A stretch of 21,514 nt of DNA from Hyphochytrium catenoides (taxonomy: Eukaryota > Protista > Hyphochytriomycota), in the NCBI GenBank assembly GCA_900088475.1. It is one part of the record FLMG01000242.1 of this genome. One strand, written 5' to 3'. Shown in pieces: positions 10,741 through 21,376 of this stretch. Position numbers and translations under genes: made by a program. The notes below the pieces were generated by a model that was not told where the DNA came from, made no database searches, and was given only the letters and a program-made list of their open reading frames with translations. Each line of letters begins with the position of its first letter. The first letter of the stretch is position 1.

Positions 10741-11070
10741 TAACAAAGATGATATTTGGGATGTACAGCCTTGATCTCCTGCGAAATCCTGGCTCCCGCG
10801 CTGGATGAGGCCTAGTTCAACACCAGACTCAACGTATCCGGGATACATTGGATTCTTTCTTGTATTATGCCTGATCTCTCCATACCTATCCTATATGCTT
10901 GATGGGCTGGGCGAAGTGTGCGAATCGGCGGGTGATGTTGACGTGTGAGAGAGACTCCGTGGGAACAGGTGGAGCGGCCTCATCGGCAGCCTCGCTTCTC
11001 GTCGGCAGAGCCTCCCTGCGCTGCCAGAGAAGACGACGGAGAGAGACAGAAGAGAGAGAAGAGAAGGAAG

Positions 11071-11119
<49 letters not shown>
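11071..11119 (+). repeat. (GA)n microsatellite ~150 bp upstream of the dCMP deaminase start
   Basis: Near-perfect GA run directly visible. Confidence 0.9.
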
Positions 11120-11125
<6 letters not shown>

Positions 11126-11270
11126 GGCCAGTGGCGCTTATATGCAGCTTCCCTCTGCTCAATGATTGTCTGATCACTAGTTCTACGAAGAGTTTTTCCT
11201 TCACCAGCCGAGGTTGGCAAAGAGAGGTCAGGATAAGGGCCTGTTGTTGTCAGCTTCCGTGTCAGGAATT

Positions 11271-13451
11271 ATGCCGGGAGCTGAGCCAGAGAGAGAGCTC
11301 ACATGTATCTCTGAACTTCGCACAGACACAGGTATGGGACTGCGACAGCTGTTGGAAGCCGTCATTGTTCTCCTCTTGCTTTGCAGAGTTGCTCTTTGTC
11401 TCAAGGCTCCAATAGTCTTTCCACTGAGCTCGCTTCGCCAACATAACGCGCTACAAGCATCGTTCTCGAGCTCTACTTTTGCTTTTTACGTAGCCTTTGT
11501 CCCTCATGCCCTGGCTTATTCTGAGCTACAGTCACTTAAGACGCTGACAAACTGGTGCTCTTTGCGTTTACTTTTGACAGATCAATGCTGGGAACATTCC
11601 CCAGCGGATTTTGAGACTTGTACCAAATCTTCTTCGCAAGTTGAGGGTGCAGCCAAGAAGCGGGAGGACTATCTCAGCTGGGATGACTATTTCATGAGCC
11701 TCGCTTTCCTCAGCGCTCAGAGGTCCAAAGGTTGGAGAGTCTCTATCTGGCAGTGACTCTTTCCTCCATCTTTGACCCGACGTCTGCCNNNNNNNNNNNN
11801 NNNNNNNNNNNNNNNNNNNNNNNNNNNNNNNNNNNNNNNNNNNNNNNNNNNNNNNNNNNNNNNNNNNNNNNNNNNNCTCTCTCTCTCTGTACCCTTCTTC
11901 TCTCTCCCCGAAAATAACACGCTAGCTCCCCTCTTACACTTTCCGCGCGATCTAACATCTTTGTCCATGACTCCTTCTCACCGCTGGCCTCCCACCCCAT
12001 TAGACCCTCACACCCAAGTGGGCGCTTGGTAAGCACACACTGTGAACGACTAGGAGCTCTCGTGGCTAAGACTCGTGGCTATCAATGATCTTGGCACTAC
12101 CACCCTTCGCTCTGGCTCCTGCTTTGCTTATAACTTCTGGCAGCCAGGATCATTCCTCACCCCTTGGCCGTTTCCTAATCGCTTGGCCTCTTTCGTCTTG
12201 ATCTTTTCTGACTGTCCCTCTTTGTCGAGCAGCATAGTGAATGAAGACAACCGTATCGTGGGCATCGGGTATAATGGTTTCCCTAAGGGCTGCAGCGATG
12301 ATATCTTACCATGGAGCCGCGAAGCCGAAGACAAGTTAGACACCAAGTACCCTGTAAGATAACTTCACAAATCTCGACACCAGGCAAAGAANNNNNNNNN
12401 NNNNNNNNNNNNNNNNNNGGGAGGGAGAGAGGGAGGGAGGGAGAGAGAGAGAGAGAGAGAGAAACGAACGAACGACCGGAATGGAAAGCAAAGCACGATT
12501 GGCTTACGCCACGAACTAGATACTCACCTTTAACCTATTCCACTTGGCTTGGTCACAGTATGTTTGCCATGCGGAGATGAACGCCATTCTCAACAAGAAT
12601 GCAGAGTCACTTCGGAATTGTAGGGTAAGATTTACACGGCTTCTATCTCACTCTCAGCCCGGTCCGTGTACTGTGTTTACCTGTTCGTTGGCCCTGTCAA
12701 ATGTTCCCAGTCTCTCATAAGGCGACTTTTCCTAGCTGATGGACCTCTTTTCTGGCCGCTCCCCTCTGTACAGATATACGTGGCCCTCTTCCCGTGCAAT
12801 GACTGTGCAAAGCTTATTATTCAGGTAGGGAGAAGATGCGGCTGCCAACGCTCGTCTTGCCCGCACTAATCCCAACTGCCCTTTCTTCCATAGAGTGGCA
12901 TTAAGGAAGTTGTTTATTATTCCGACAAGTACAGAGACAGGTAAGAACAGTTAGCCAAGGAGAGTGACCTTTGAGGGGGTTAGAAGGCGATATGGATGGA
13001 GAAAACTGCCGGGCATAGGGTGGCACAGACGAAACATCCAGCCCAGAGTGAGGAGAGATTTGAAGGGTAGACAGTAGAAACAGTTAGCATAGCTGGTGAC
13101 CCTAAAGGCGAGGAGAAGGAGAGTCGTGCTGGGTCGAAAGATTGGCTCCAGAGGCCCTGTTTGCTTATACTCGTCTTCCTCCAACCAGATGGCAGTTTAA
13201 AGCCAGTCGGAAGCTTCTCACAATGGCGGGGGTGAGTCTACGTAGTACGCTCGTCCAGTCCTTGGATTTTTATCCTCTTGGGAGTCCTTTCCCACTAACC
13301 TTGGCTAAGTTCCATCCTTCCTTATATCTGTCTGGGCGTTATCTAAATAGCTGACTCCCTTATCGACATGTCCTCCCTGTAGCTGACGCTAAGAGCCCAT
13401 CAGCCCCAAAGAAAGGCGATCGTCATTGACTTCTCCTCTGTGGACAACTGA
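11271..13451 (+). CDS. DCTD: Deoxycytidylate (dCMP) deaminase, 9 exons, ~210 aa
   Basis: Exons 11271-11331, 11581-11730, 12004-12028, 12233-12353, 12559-12624, 12774-12824, 12894-12940, 13189-13231, 13383-13451 (633 nt). Spliced product: [53 protein letters not shown]...[16 protein letters not shown]...[30 protein letters not shown]...[10 protein letters not shown]...IVIDFSS. The Zn-binding HAE and PCxxC motifs are intact. The start codon and first exon are uncertain. Confidence 0.95.
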
Positions 13452-13597
13452 AGACCATATACCGTCCCTATCCTAGGAACTATTGGGCTCCGTCATAGCT
13501 TCATTTCCCTCGGACTACGTATCTCCGCCCATCTTGGAGAATTATTCCCTTCTGTACATAGAGACGGCTCTTATGTAAAGATGTATCTTGAAGATAT

Positions 13598-15619
13598 TTA
13601 GGTCTGTAGGCCCTTTATACTATATATTAAGCGCAATAAGAGGCCTGAAAAGACTGGAATACTAAGGTTGTCGTCAAGTCCAAGTGTCAGGCTCTCCGCC
13701 AGGGCGCCTGCACATCCACACAGAAGGCTCAACTGCGTTTGGGAGGATGGGGAAAGTGAGGGAGCAGAGTATTAGAGATTGGCCGGCAGAATTAGCACTA
13801 AAGGAAGAGGCCGATCCCTGGTAAGTCAAGAGTGCAAACACGCGTGTCTCGAATCACAAAGCCTACAATAGGAGAGATAGAGACTCGAATGACAGAGGGC
13901 CCACGTGAGGAGAGGAGAGGGCAGATACATATCTCAAGAGGGAAAGACGGGTTGGTTGAGCAGATGGCCGTTTAGAGGAGAGGGCAGATACATATCTCAA
14001 GAGGGAAAGACGGGTTGGTTGAGCAGATGGCCGTTTCGTTTAAAGTTTGTCACAAAGAAAGCCGTAAGATACCTGGCTGAGCTCTTGACCCGAGACTGGA
14101 TAGGTCCTAGATAAATAAAGGAAGGTTATGAGGCTGCAGATGACCGCGGCAGAGAGAGATCCTAGCAGCGTCTTCTTCGAGCTTCCGAACCTTGCAAGGG
14201 CATAGCTAGGGAACAACGTTCCGACAAGCGACGCCGCTGGGTCTCCCACTGACAGCTGTGGAACAGCGCCAATTAGCCACGAACGGACAAGACAAGGTCT
14301 AGGGAAAAAAGAGCACACTGAAGGACGCGGTGCGAGAACGAGGAGAGCCGACATAACCTTGAGAGAGAAATAGAATAGACGGGGAGAGTTTTCGCTAGAA
14401 GGAGAGAGAGTCAGAACGAAAGAGCAAAGGAGAGAGAAAGAGAGACGGAGAGGAAAATGAAAGAGAGAGAGACAGAGAGGAGGGGAGGGGCACGCAACAA
14501 GCTGGAAGACGTCATGCTCTTGGAGGACCGAACCAGACGGTCCAAAAATGAGTGTAACGTACAAAAAGTATACTCGGAGTTGCTATAGACCGAGGCTGCA
14601 TCGCTATGACCAATCCGCAGCCAAGTAGAAACCAGAAGGCACCTGAAAGTAATCGGATCATTACCATTAGAACCATGAATATGGGGCATCGCGTGAGATC
14701 CAGGAGTCAGAGGGTGCATAGGCTGAAAGTGGCGGTACAAAGTGAGGCTAAGGAAGGACTTATGGAAGAATAATTTTCTAGTAAGGCAATATATAGCAAG
14801 ATGAGAGCCAGCGAAAGGTAGAAGGCAGGTTTGGTGAGGTCGAAGAGATGCAGATGGGACGGCGAGAGAGAGAGAGAGACTGCTGATGTACACAGTGTGG
14901 CCGTGGAGGACGTCTAACTACCTGGCAAGCTGTTAATCTCATGCTCTCTGAGAAGAGGACCAATCGCCTCTATGATGAGTTTGTTCATGTTCGCATAGCG
15001 GAGCCGAAGGCGATGAAGAACGAATAGCATCGAGGACGAGGCGAGCAGGATGCATGCGGCTAAGGATAAACGTTAGCAACATTAGCTGCCACCATCCACA
15101 CAGCGTCTGAGGCTGTGCCCTAGCTCTCTCTGTTCCCTCTCTTCCGCGTCCTTGCATCCCCTTTCTAGGCTCATTTCTGATCTCTTTAGGACTTACCCTC
15201 TATGTCTGAGAAGAAGTTATGATATAAGTAGGCGATGGCAAGGCCTGTAAAAACTTTGACAGCATGGGTTAGTGACCAAGAACGATGAGAACAGGTCAGA
15301 ACCAGCGTGCTTTCTCTAGCTTACCATGCTGCACCTTTCTTCTGATATGTAGATTCTCCCGTAGTCGGACTCGTGTGCTGGAGGTCTTCCAAGTGGTCAC
15401 CCATTGAATGGCGACAATCACGCAGATAGCAATGACCCCTGCCTGCTTAGACTGACGACTCAAAGGTATGGGACTGGCGAGTAGTGCCAGTGCCGCCACT
15501 GATATGGCCAAGAGGTAGACAACCAATGTCTCCAACCCATAAATAGTGCCATGCGCAGAGCTAGTTTTTCGGCTCATCGTACAGTATGAGTTGAGCTTAC
15601 GCGGACAACTTGTTCTCAT
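13598..15619 (-). CDS. DGK1: CTP-dependent diacylglycerol kinase Dgk1-like membrane protein (dolichol/phytol kinase, CTP-transferase superfamily), 6 exons, ~295 aa
   Basis: Exons 15619-15325, 15253-15197, 15059-14922, 14642-14563, 14255-14073, 13732-13598 (888 nt). Motifs follow the Dgk1 order: LHIRRKVQHVFTG; LRLRYANMNKLIIEAIGPLLREHEINSLPGAFWFLLG; SILFLSVGDPAASLVG...KKTLLGS; GALAESLTLGLDDNLSIPVFSG. Alternative start ATG at 15577. Substrate specificity (DAG versus phytol/farnesol) is inferred. Confidence 0.88.
13911..14036. repeat. Perfect 63-bp direct tandem duplication in the last intron of the Dgk1-like gene
   Basis: 13911-13973 and 13974-14036 are identical (agaggagagggcagatacatatctcaagagggaaagacgggttggttgagcagatggccgttt). 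Confidence 0.95.
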
Positions 15620-16010
15620 GTAAGAAGCATGGCAGTGCGTATGTGAAAATGTATCCTCTCAGCAGCAGCAGCTCCTTTCCCATTTTCACCAATGGCGAGC
15701 GAGGATTTGAACGAGAGCTTCTCTGCGTGTGCTAGTTTCACTGCAGATGGCTCTTAGGTTTGACCCCATGGGAGACAGAACGCTAAAGAGCTTCAGATAT
15801 GGAGCGAAGAAGCTTCAGATATTCACGAAGCAGCTCTAAAAGTTGATCCAAGAGCTCGTGTCATTGCCATTATTTCGCGCGTTGACTGTTGACAACTCAC
15901 GAATCATCTTTGTAGATCAATCACTGATTATTTATAGTTTTACCGCAGTTATCAGAGATATGGTTATTTTAACGTGCCGCAGAGATGATCACTCATCCCT
16001 GATGCAGCAC

Positions 16011-16040
16011 CTTATTGGGTCCGAGCAATGTGATTGGCGG
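16011..16040 (-). promoter_or_regulatory. Two CCAAT-box-like motifs in the divergent intergenic region
   Basis: ATTGG at 16014-16018 and at 16033-16037 (within TGATTGGCGG), between two divergently oriented genes. Motif match only. Confidence 0.25.
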
Positions 16041-16292
16041 TTGGCAACAGCCCAGGACGAGGAGTCAATGAAAAGTAGTCAAAGATTGTAGGTGAGAGCC
16101 AGAAAAGTGTAACTCCCCAAACTGGACCTTGACCTATACAGAATAGAACAAATGAGGGAGGTTGGTTATTTGTAATAGCATTAGATCTATTCGCTATAGT
16201 GTTGATGTAGAAGCCTGAAACCTCCCTACAAAAGGAAAAGTGCGTCTCAGCCGTTCAGCAGTCAAATCTAAAGAAGGGTGATGATGATGTCC

Positions 16293-16560
16293 ATCTCTCT
16301 CTCGCTCTCTCACTCTCTCTCCTCTCTCTCTCTCTCTCTTTCTCTTTCTCTTTCTTTTTCTCTCTCTCATTCTCTGCAGGTCTCTTTATCTTCTCCTCTC
16401 TCATCCTCTTTGTCTGGTGTCTCTCTCTCTCATGTCCTCTCCTGCTCTCTTACTCTTCTGTATCCGCTGTCAACGTTTTTCTCTCTTCTCCGCTCTGTCT
16501 CTCTTCTCTTCCTCTCTTCTTCTTTCTGTTTCTTTCTCCTAGAGCTCTTTCTTGCACTTT
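16293..16560 (+). repeat. Long imperfect CT-rich polypyrimidine tract
   Basis: Low-complexity (CT/CTT) sequence directly visible; may be a 5' UTR intron of the downstream gene. Confidence 0.8.
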
Positions 16561-17087
16561 CTTTCCTCCTTTGCTTCTTCAGTCGCGAGGATATTTATCC
16601 AGGTAGGTATCCCTCCTCTTCTATCGTCTGGAGCATGTTTCTCTAAAGCCTCCTGCTCTTATCCCATCATCCTCTTTGTTAGGCTTGCTGCCTTATTTGA
16701 CGGAGGGAGTCTGATCGCGGTGTCATCAAACATGTGAGCCAACGGCATTGTTTCGGGTAGAGACACGAATCGACACAAGCCAAGAAGGCAACACAGAGAG
16801 AATCAGCAACTGTTGCGCGGTGGCGTGCACTTTCCTCTCTCTCCTCTCCTCTCTCTCTCTCTCCTAGGTCCTTTTCCCCCTCTTCGTCCAGATCCCTCAA
16901 TGCTGTCTCTGCACCAGCGCATTGCCCCTTTTCAATAAAGCAAAGAGAAGTTAGGAAAGGGCTGAAGAGAGAAGGAAGGAGGCTGATCACAGTCCAATTT
17001 GCACTGGAGAGGCCAGAAAAGACAACAAGGCTTTCAATCAACCCGGCTCCTCAGCGCCAAGAGCCCCTTCCTCTTGCAGCTCTAAAG

Positions 17088-17257
17088 ATGGTGGCACAGA
17101 GCTCTGAGGAATCTGTCTCTAGTTTGGATGCCAGACAGGAGAGAGGAGAGAACAACACCGAGCGGATGACGGCAAAGGAGGAGCTCCGAGGTCCATGGAG
17201 AAGAGAGGGAAAGGAGGTACTTCCTTTGTCTTCTCCAGGACCCTGTCACGGAGTCTG

Positions 17258-17306
<49 letters not shown>

Positions 17307-20300
17307 TCTGCTTCGTAAAGCTGTTCTCTCTGTCTCACATTCTGGTTCACTCTCTGTCTTCCCGCTCTGCCTGCGGTTTAGCTCTTCTCATCTCCTATGT
17401 CTCCTCACTTCTCTGTATCTCATGCCAAGTCTGGGTCCTTACTTATTTTGGGGGCACTGTAGGGCCAACAAGGGGCTGGTCCAGAGAAGGAGCGGGATGA
17501 ATCAGAGTGTGAGTCTGAAGATGAAGAGGAGAGGCCTCTTTCCTTCCGAGAGGAGCTAGTGGATCTCTATGAGAGATACGCTCCAGACCGTGCCTGGAAA
17601 GTAGACAGCTTACTGCAGCAGTATCAAGGAAGAGTAAGTGGGGGACCAAGAACGCCACCTTCTTGCTGTCGGGTCCTTTCCTGGAGCCTCTTCGTGCTCC
17701 TTTTCCCTTTCGACACCTTCGCTCTAGCTTCCGTCTCCTCAGAAAGGTGTCCTCTTCCTCTACTGGCTCCGTAGCTCTTCCCTGCTAATCTCCATACGAA
17801 TATCTGATTCTTTGGCTGGGCTTTGTCGCTCTTGACCTTCTATTCAGCGTGTATCTATCTTTTTGGACAGCTTTCTCACTCTGTTTCGCTAGTTGCCACT
17901 CTTTCTTATCCCTTCTCTCTCTCTCTCTCTTTCTGTCTCCTTGTCTCTCCGTCTTTTATACTTTCCAACACATACGTCCGTGTCTCTCTCTCTCTCTATC
18001 CTTTATCCTCCATAATGTTGCTCTGATGGGTTCTGTTGTTCTTTCAGGAGGTGGAGCTGATAGAGTACACGCGTGCTAAGCTGACAGGCAACGGAGTAGT
18101 ATACATTACGCCCCCAGACTACGGTGTGGGCTGTGACCCTCGCGCTCTTTCTCCCACGTGCAAGAAGCGATCACTCTTGGGAAAGCGCCGTAAGCTGGTC
18201 TTTTCTCTCTCCCTCTCTTCTCTTTCTCACTCTCTCTATGTGTCTCTCTTTGTTTTACTTTCTAGCTGTACATCTCCTTTTGGCAGAGTCCTAAGGTTCC
18301 TTTCACCTACCATTTCCCCTTTTATAATTCTTAACTCTATGGGTCTTCTCCTTTCCTGATCCTCGCTTTCTGTCCTTGACACAGACGCAAGGTCTTTGCT
18401 CACGATCAGTACTCCCTCTATCTCTATGTCTCTTGCTGTTCGTGTGCCTTTCTTTCTCTTCGGTGGCAACTCTCTCTTTTGCTCCATATCTCTTTCAGTG
18501 CCACGGTTCAGCAAAGGAGTGGACAGACTAAAGGGAATAAGCAATGCATTCTCCAAGTCCCTTCGTCGGCCGTCTCTCTCTCTACAAAGAGAGAGAGCAC
18601 AGGGTATTGAAGGTAGAAGATCATCTTCTGCCTCATGTGCTGCGGAGAGACGAACAGACCGGGGAAAGGATCTCAAGAAAGAGTAAGGAACTGATTCAGA
18701 TTCGTTTCTCTTACGCATCCTCTTCTTACCTTATGGAGCGGCCCCGCCCTCTCACCCTTGTCCTTTTAAGCTTGTTACTGCCAGGCCTTGTCTGTATAGT
18801 TCTATTCTACCGCTTGCATCCACATCTCTCTCTCTCTCTCTCTCTCTCTGTGTCTGTCTCTCTCTCGCGCGCGCACACGTCCACTACTTATCCTACCCGT
18901 CGTCCCTCCGTANNNNNNNNNNNNNNNNNNNNNNNNNNNNNNNNNNNNNNNNNNNNNNNNNNNNNNNNNNNNNNNNNNNNNNNNNNNNNNNNNNNNNNNN
19001 NNNNNNNNNNNNNNNNNNNNNNNNTTCCCCTGCTTGCTTTCTCTCTCTTTCCCTGCTTTGACCTCTCCCTTTCTCTTTCTTAAGGTAATCCATCAACTTT
19101 CTCGGTTAAGCTTCAAGCCACGAACCAGTCGTGAGAAGCTCATCGCTTTTTTCGAGAAGTACGATCCAAAGGAGGTTGAAAGGGTAGACGAGCTCCTTAC
19201 GTACGGCGGGATGACGGAGAGAGAACTCTGGAGGCACCTGCAGGTTCGAGACCTTCTCTTTTTCTTTCTCTCCCAGTACTCGCCGCTTTCACTCTCACAA
19301 ATGGATGCGTCTTTTTCTCTTTGTCTTGCAATATCTATGGTTCTCTCTCTCTCTCTCTTTCAAATGTGCTTTTCTTGTGGGCAGTCTCCTTCTCTCTGTC
19401 TCGGCATTATACGCTCCTGTCGGTTGGCTCGCTTATTGACCCATGCTTACCTCTTCCTCTCTCTTTTTATCTCTCTCTTCCTCTCCGGACCAGTCAAAGT
19501 ACCGTTTGAACCACGCGGAGCGTCTTGCGGAGATATTTAGAAGATACGAGCCTTCTAGGTTGTCGCAAGTGAGACAGTTGCTTAGAGACTATGCAGGACA
19601 GGTAAGAGCAGGCATGAACGGTAAAGAGACAGAGATTGCCGAGTGAGAGTGCAAGAGAACGAGAGGAGAGGTTATCGAGATAGAGGGATCGAAAGGCTTC
19701 ATATACTATTCCGTGCAAGAAAGATCTAAAACATGAGAAAGTGGAGAATGCCGAGGAGGTAGATCTACCATGGCCTGCGTGTGAAGAGAAAGAAAGAGAA
19801 GGGAGAAGAGAAAGGGATCTGATGGGCGGGGGATGGGGGGAAGAAGGGAGAGAGAAGGGAGAGGGAAGAGCGAGAGAGAGAGAGAGAAAAAGAGTTTGCG
19901 CGCGGGAGAGAAGGAAGAGAGAAGAGAGCATATCGAGAGGAGAGAGAAATAAGGGTTCGGGTTCAGAAAAAGTCTATGTGAGGGGGAATATAGGAACCAA
20001 TAGAAGGGAACCGAAGTTCAAAGGAGGAGAGACGAACGCCGTCGTGATTTAGAGAGAGGGAGAGATATTGACGGAGAGGGAAGGAGTTAGACGCAGGGAT
20101 GAGACAGTGACGAGAAGGAGAGTGGGCACTGCCATTCTGACGTCTGTCTCTCCCTTTCCTCTCTCTCAACTAGGAGGAAGAGCTGATCCGTTACTATCAG
20201 CAGAAGTATGCGAAGAAGGCAGAGAAGCTCGCAAAGAAAGAGTCTCAAGACTCCACGTGGAAGCCCGGCCAGGCTAACACCTACCAGCTTCTACCCTCTA

Positions 20301-20317
20301 GAGATCTAGGAGACTAG
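17088..20317 (+). CDS. Uncharacterised protein with three ~43-aa helical repeats (LxxxY/FxxYxPxxxxxVxxLLxxYxGxExELxxxxxxKY), 7 exons, ~336 aa
   Basis: Exons 17088-17216, 17463-17633, 18048-18189, 18499-18682, 19111-19243, 19494-19601, 20174-20317, phase-consistent (1011 nt). Repeats: REELVDLYERYAPDRAWKVDSLLQQYQGREVELIEYTRAKL; REKLIAFFEKYDPKEVERVDELLTYGGMTERELWRHLQSKY; AERLAEIFRRYEPSRLSQVRQLLRDYAGQEEELIRYYQQKY. The frame is open upstream to 16761, so the true start may be earlier. An exon could be hidden in gap 18913-19024. Confidence 0.8.
17261..17303 (+). repeat. (TC)n perfect microsatellite in intron 1 of the repeat-protein gene
   Basis: Directly visible. Confidence 0.9.
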
Positions 20318-20454
20318 ACGGATGACCGCTCTCTCTCTCTATCCTTGAATCTCTATCCTTGACTCTCTCTCTCTCTCTCTCTCTTTCTAGCGTGGTGCTA
20401 TTCCTTCCCTCTGTCTTCCCTACTGAGCCCTCTCCCGCGCTTCATACATATTTA

Positions 20455-20828
20455 TTATAAAATGTTAAGAACAGAGAGAGAAGAGGAACTTCTCCTTGTG
20501 CTAAACTGCACATTCTTACTCTCTCTCTCTTTCTTGGGTGCCCTGGACTTGCCCGACATCTTCTCAAGCGGGCACGTTCTCAGGCGCTGGAAGAGGAGGA
20601 AAAGGAGATAGATACGGCTTATCTAGACCCGTCTCAGTAATTAACGCCAGAGCAGGGACAATCTCAGTTCTGAGCCACCCTCAAGCACGGGGCGCAAACT
20701 ATTTTAGAGTCACAAGGATCGGAGGACCGCGTTGCCAAGAGGGGAGAAACCTGGCAATGATGATTCCATGCATGCCCATTTGCTAGCCGTGAGGTGATCT
20801 CTGCGCGCTCAAACCCGTAAAGTGATAG
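20455..20828 (-). CDS. Possible last two exons of a minus-strand gene entering from the right; product unknown
   Basis: Putative exons 20828-20751 (LSLYGFERAEITSRLANGHAWNHHCQ) and 20586-20455 (RLRTCPLEKMSGKSRAPKKE...LNIL*). Both follow polypyrimidine + CAG acceptors and join in phase 0, and AATAAA overlaps the stop. The donor GTTTCT is weak and upstream exons could not be resolved. Confidence 0.3.
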
Positions 20829-20894
20829 CTGTGTGAGGAGACGAGAGGGGATCACATACGAAAGCGAGACGAACTAAGACGACAGAGAAGAGAC

Positions 20895-20936
<42 letters not shown>

Positions 20937-21250
20937 AAATGAGAGAGAGAGGCCGAGTAAGCCGCAGAGTTCAGGGATGCTCCTGTACACGGAAGGTGAA
21001 GAAAATCTTCGCCGAGATCTGCAGATGAATTCTGAAGCTTCTCGGATTCCCCTTCTTGGTCAATATGCGACAATATAGGGCCCCATGGTGCATTCATGGA
21101 GCTATTTAGATCTTTCTATAGTAAAACTATGAGGAATCAACTGTGATGGAAAAGGAAAAGGGGCAAAATGCGTCGATACAAGGACCAAAGAAGAGACAAG
21201 AACAGGAAACAAACGGCCCACAGACCCGACCAGCAGTGGCAAAGAGCAAC

Positions 21251-21376
21251 AGAGAGAGAGAGAGAGAGACAGAGAGAGAGAGAGACAGAGAGAGACAAGG
21301 AGAGAGAGACAAGGAGAGAGAGAGAGAGACAGAGAGACAGAGAGAGACAAGGAGAGAGAGAAGGAAGAGAGAAAGA
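21251..21376 (+). repeat. Compound (GA)n/(GAGACA)n microsatellite
   Basis: Directly visible; CT-rich on the minus strand, resembling the introns of the other genes. Confidence 0.85.

Noticed and set aside
11271-13451. Idea that the deaminase causes the nearby C->T hypermutation
   Set aside because: It is an ordinary dCMP deaminase acting on free nucleotide, with no features of polynucleotide deaminases. Proximity is not evidence.
13911-14036. CRISPR-like or LTR-like repeat
   Set aside because: Two abutting copies with no spacer or internal region, in a eukaryotic intron.
15843-16091. 82-aa ORF in the divergent intergenic region
   Set aside because: Non-ATG start, no recognisable motif and no splice context.
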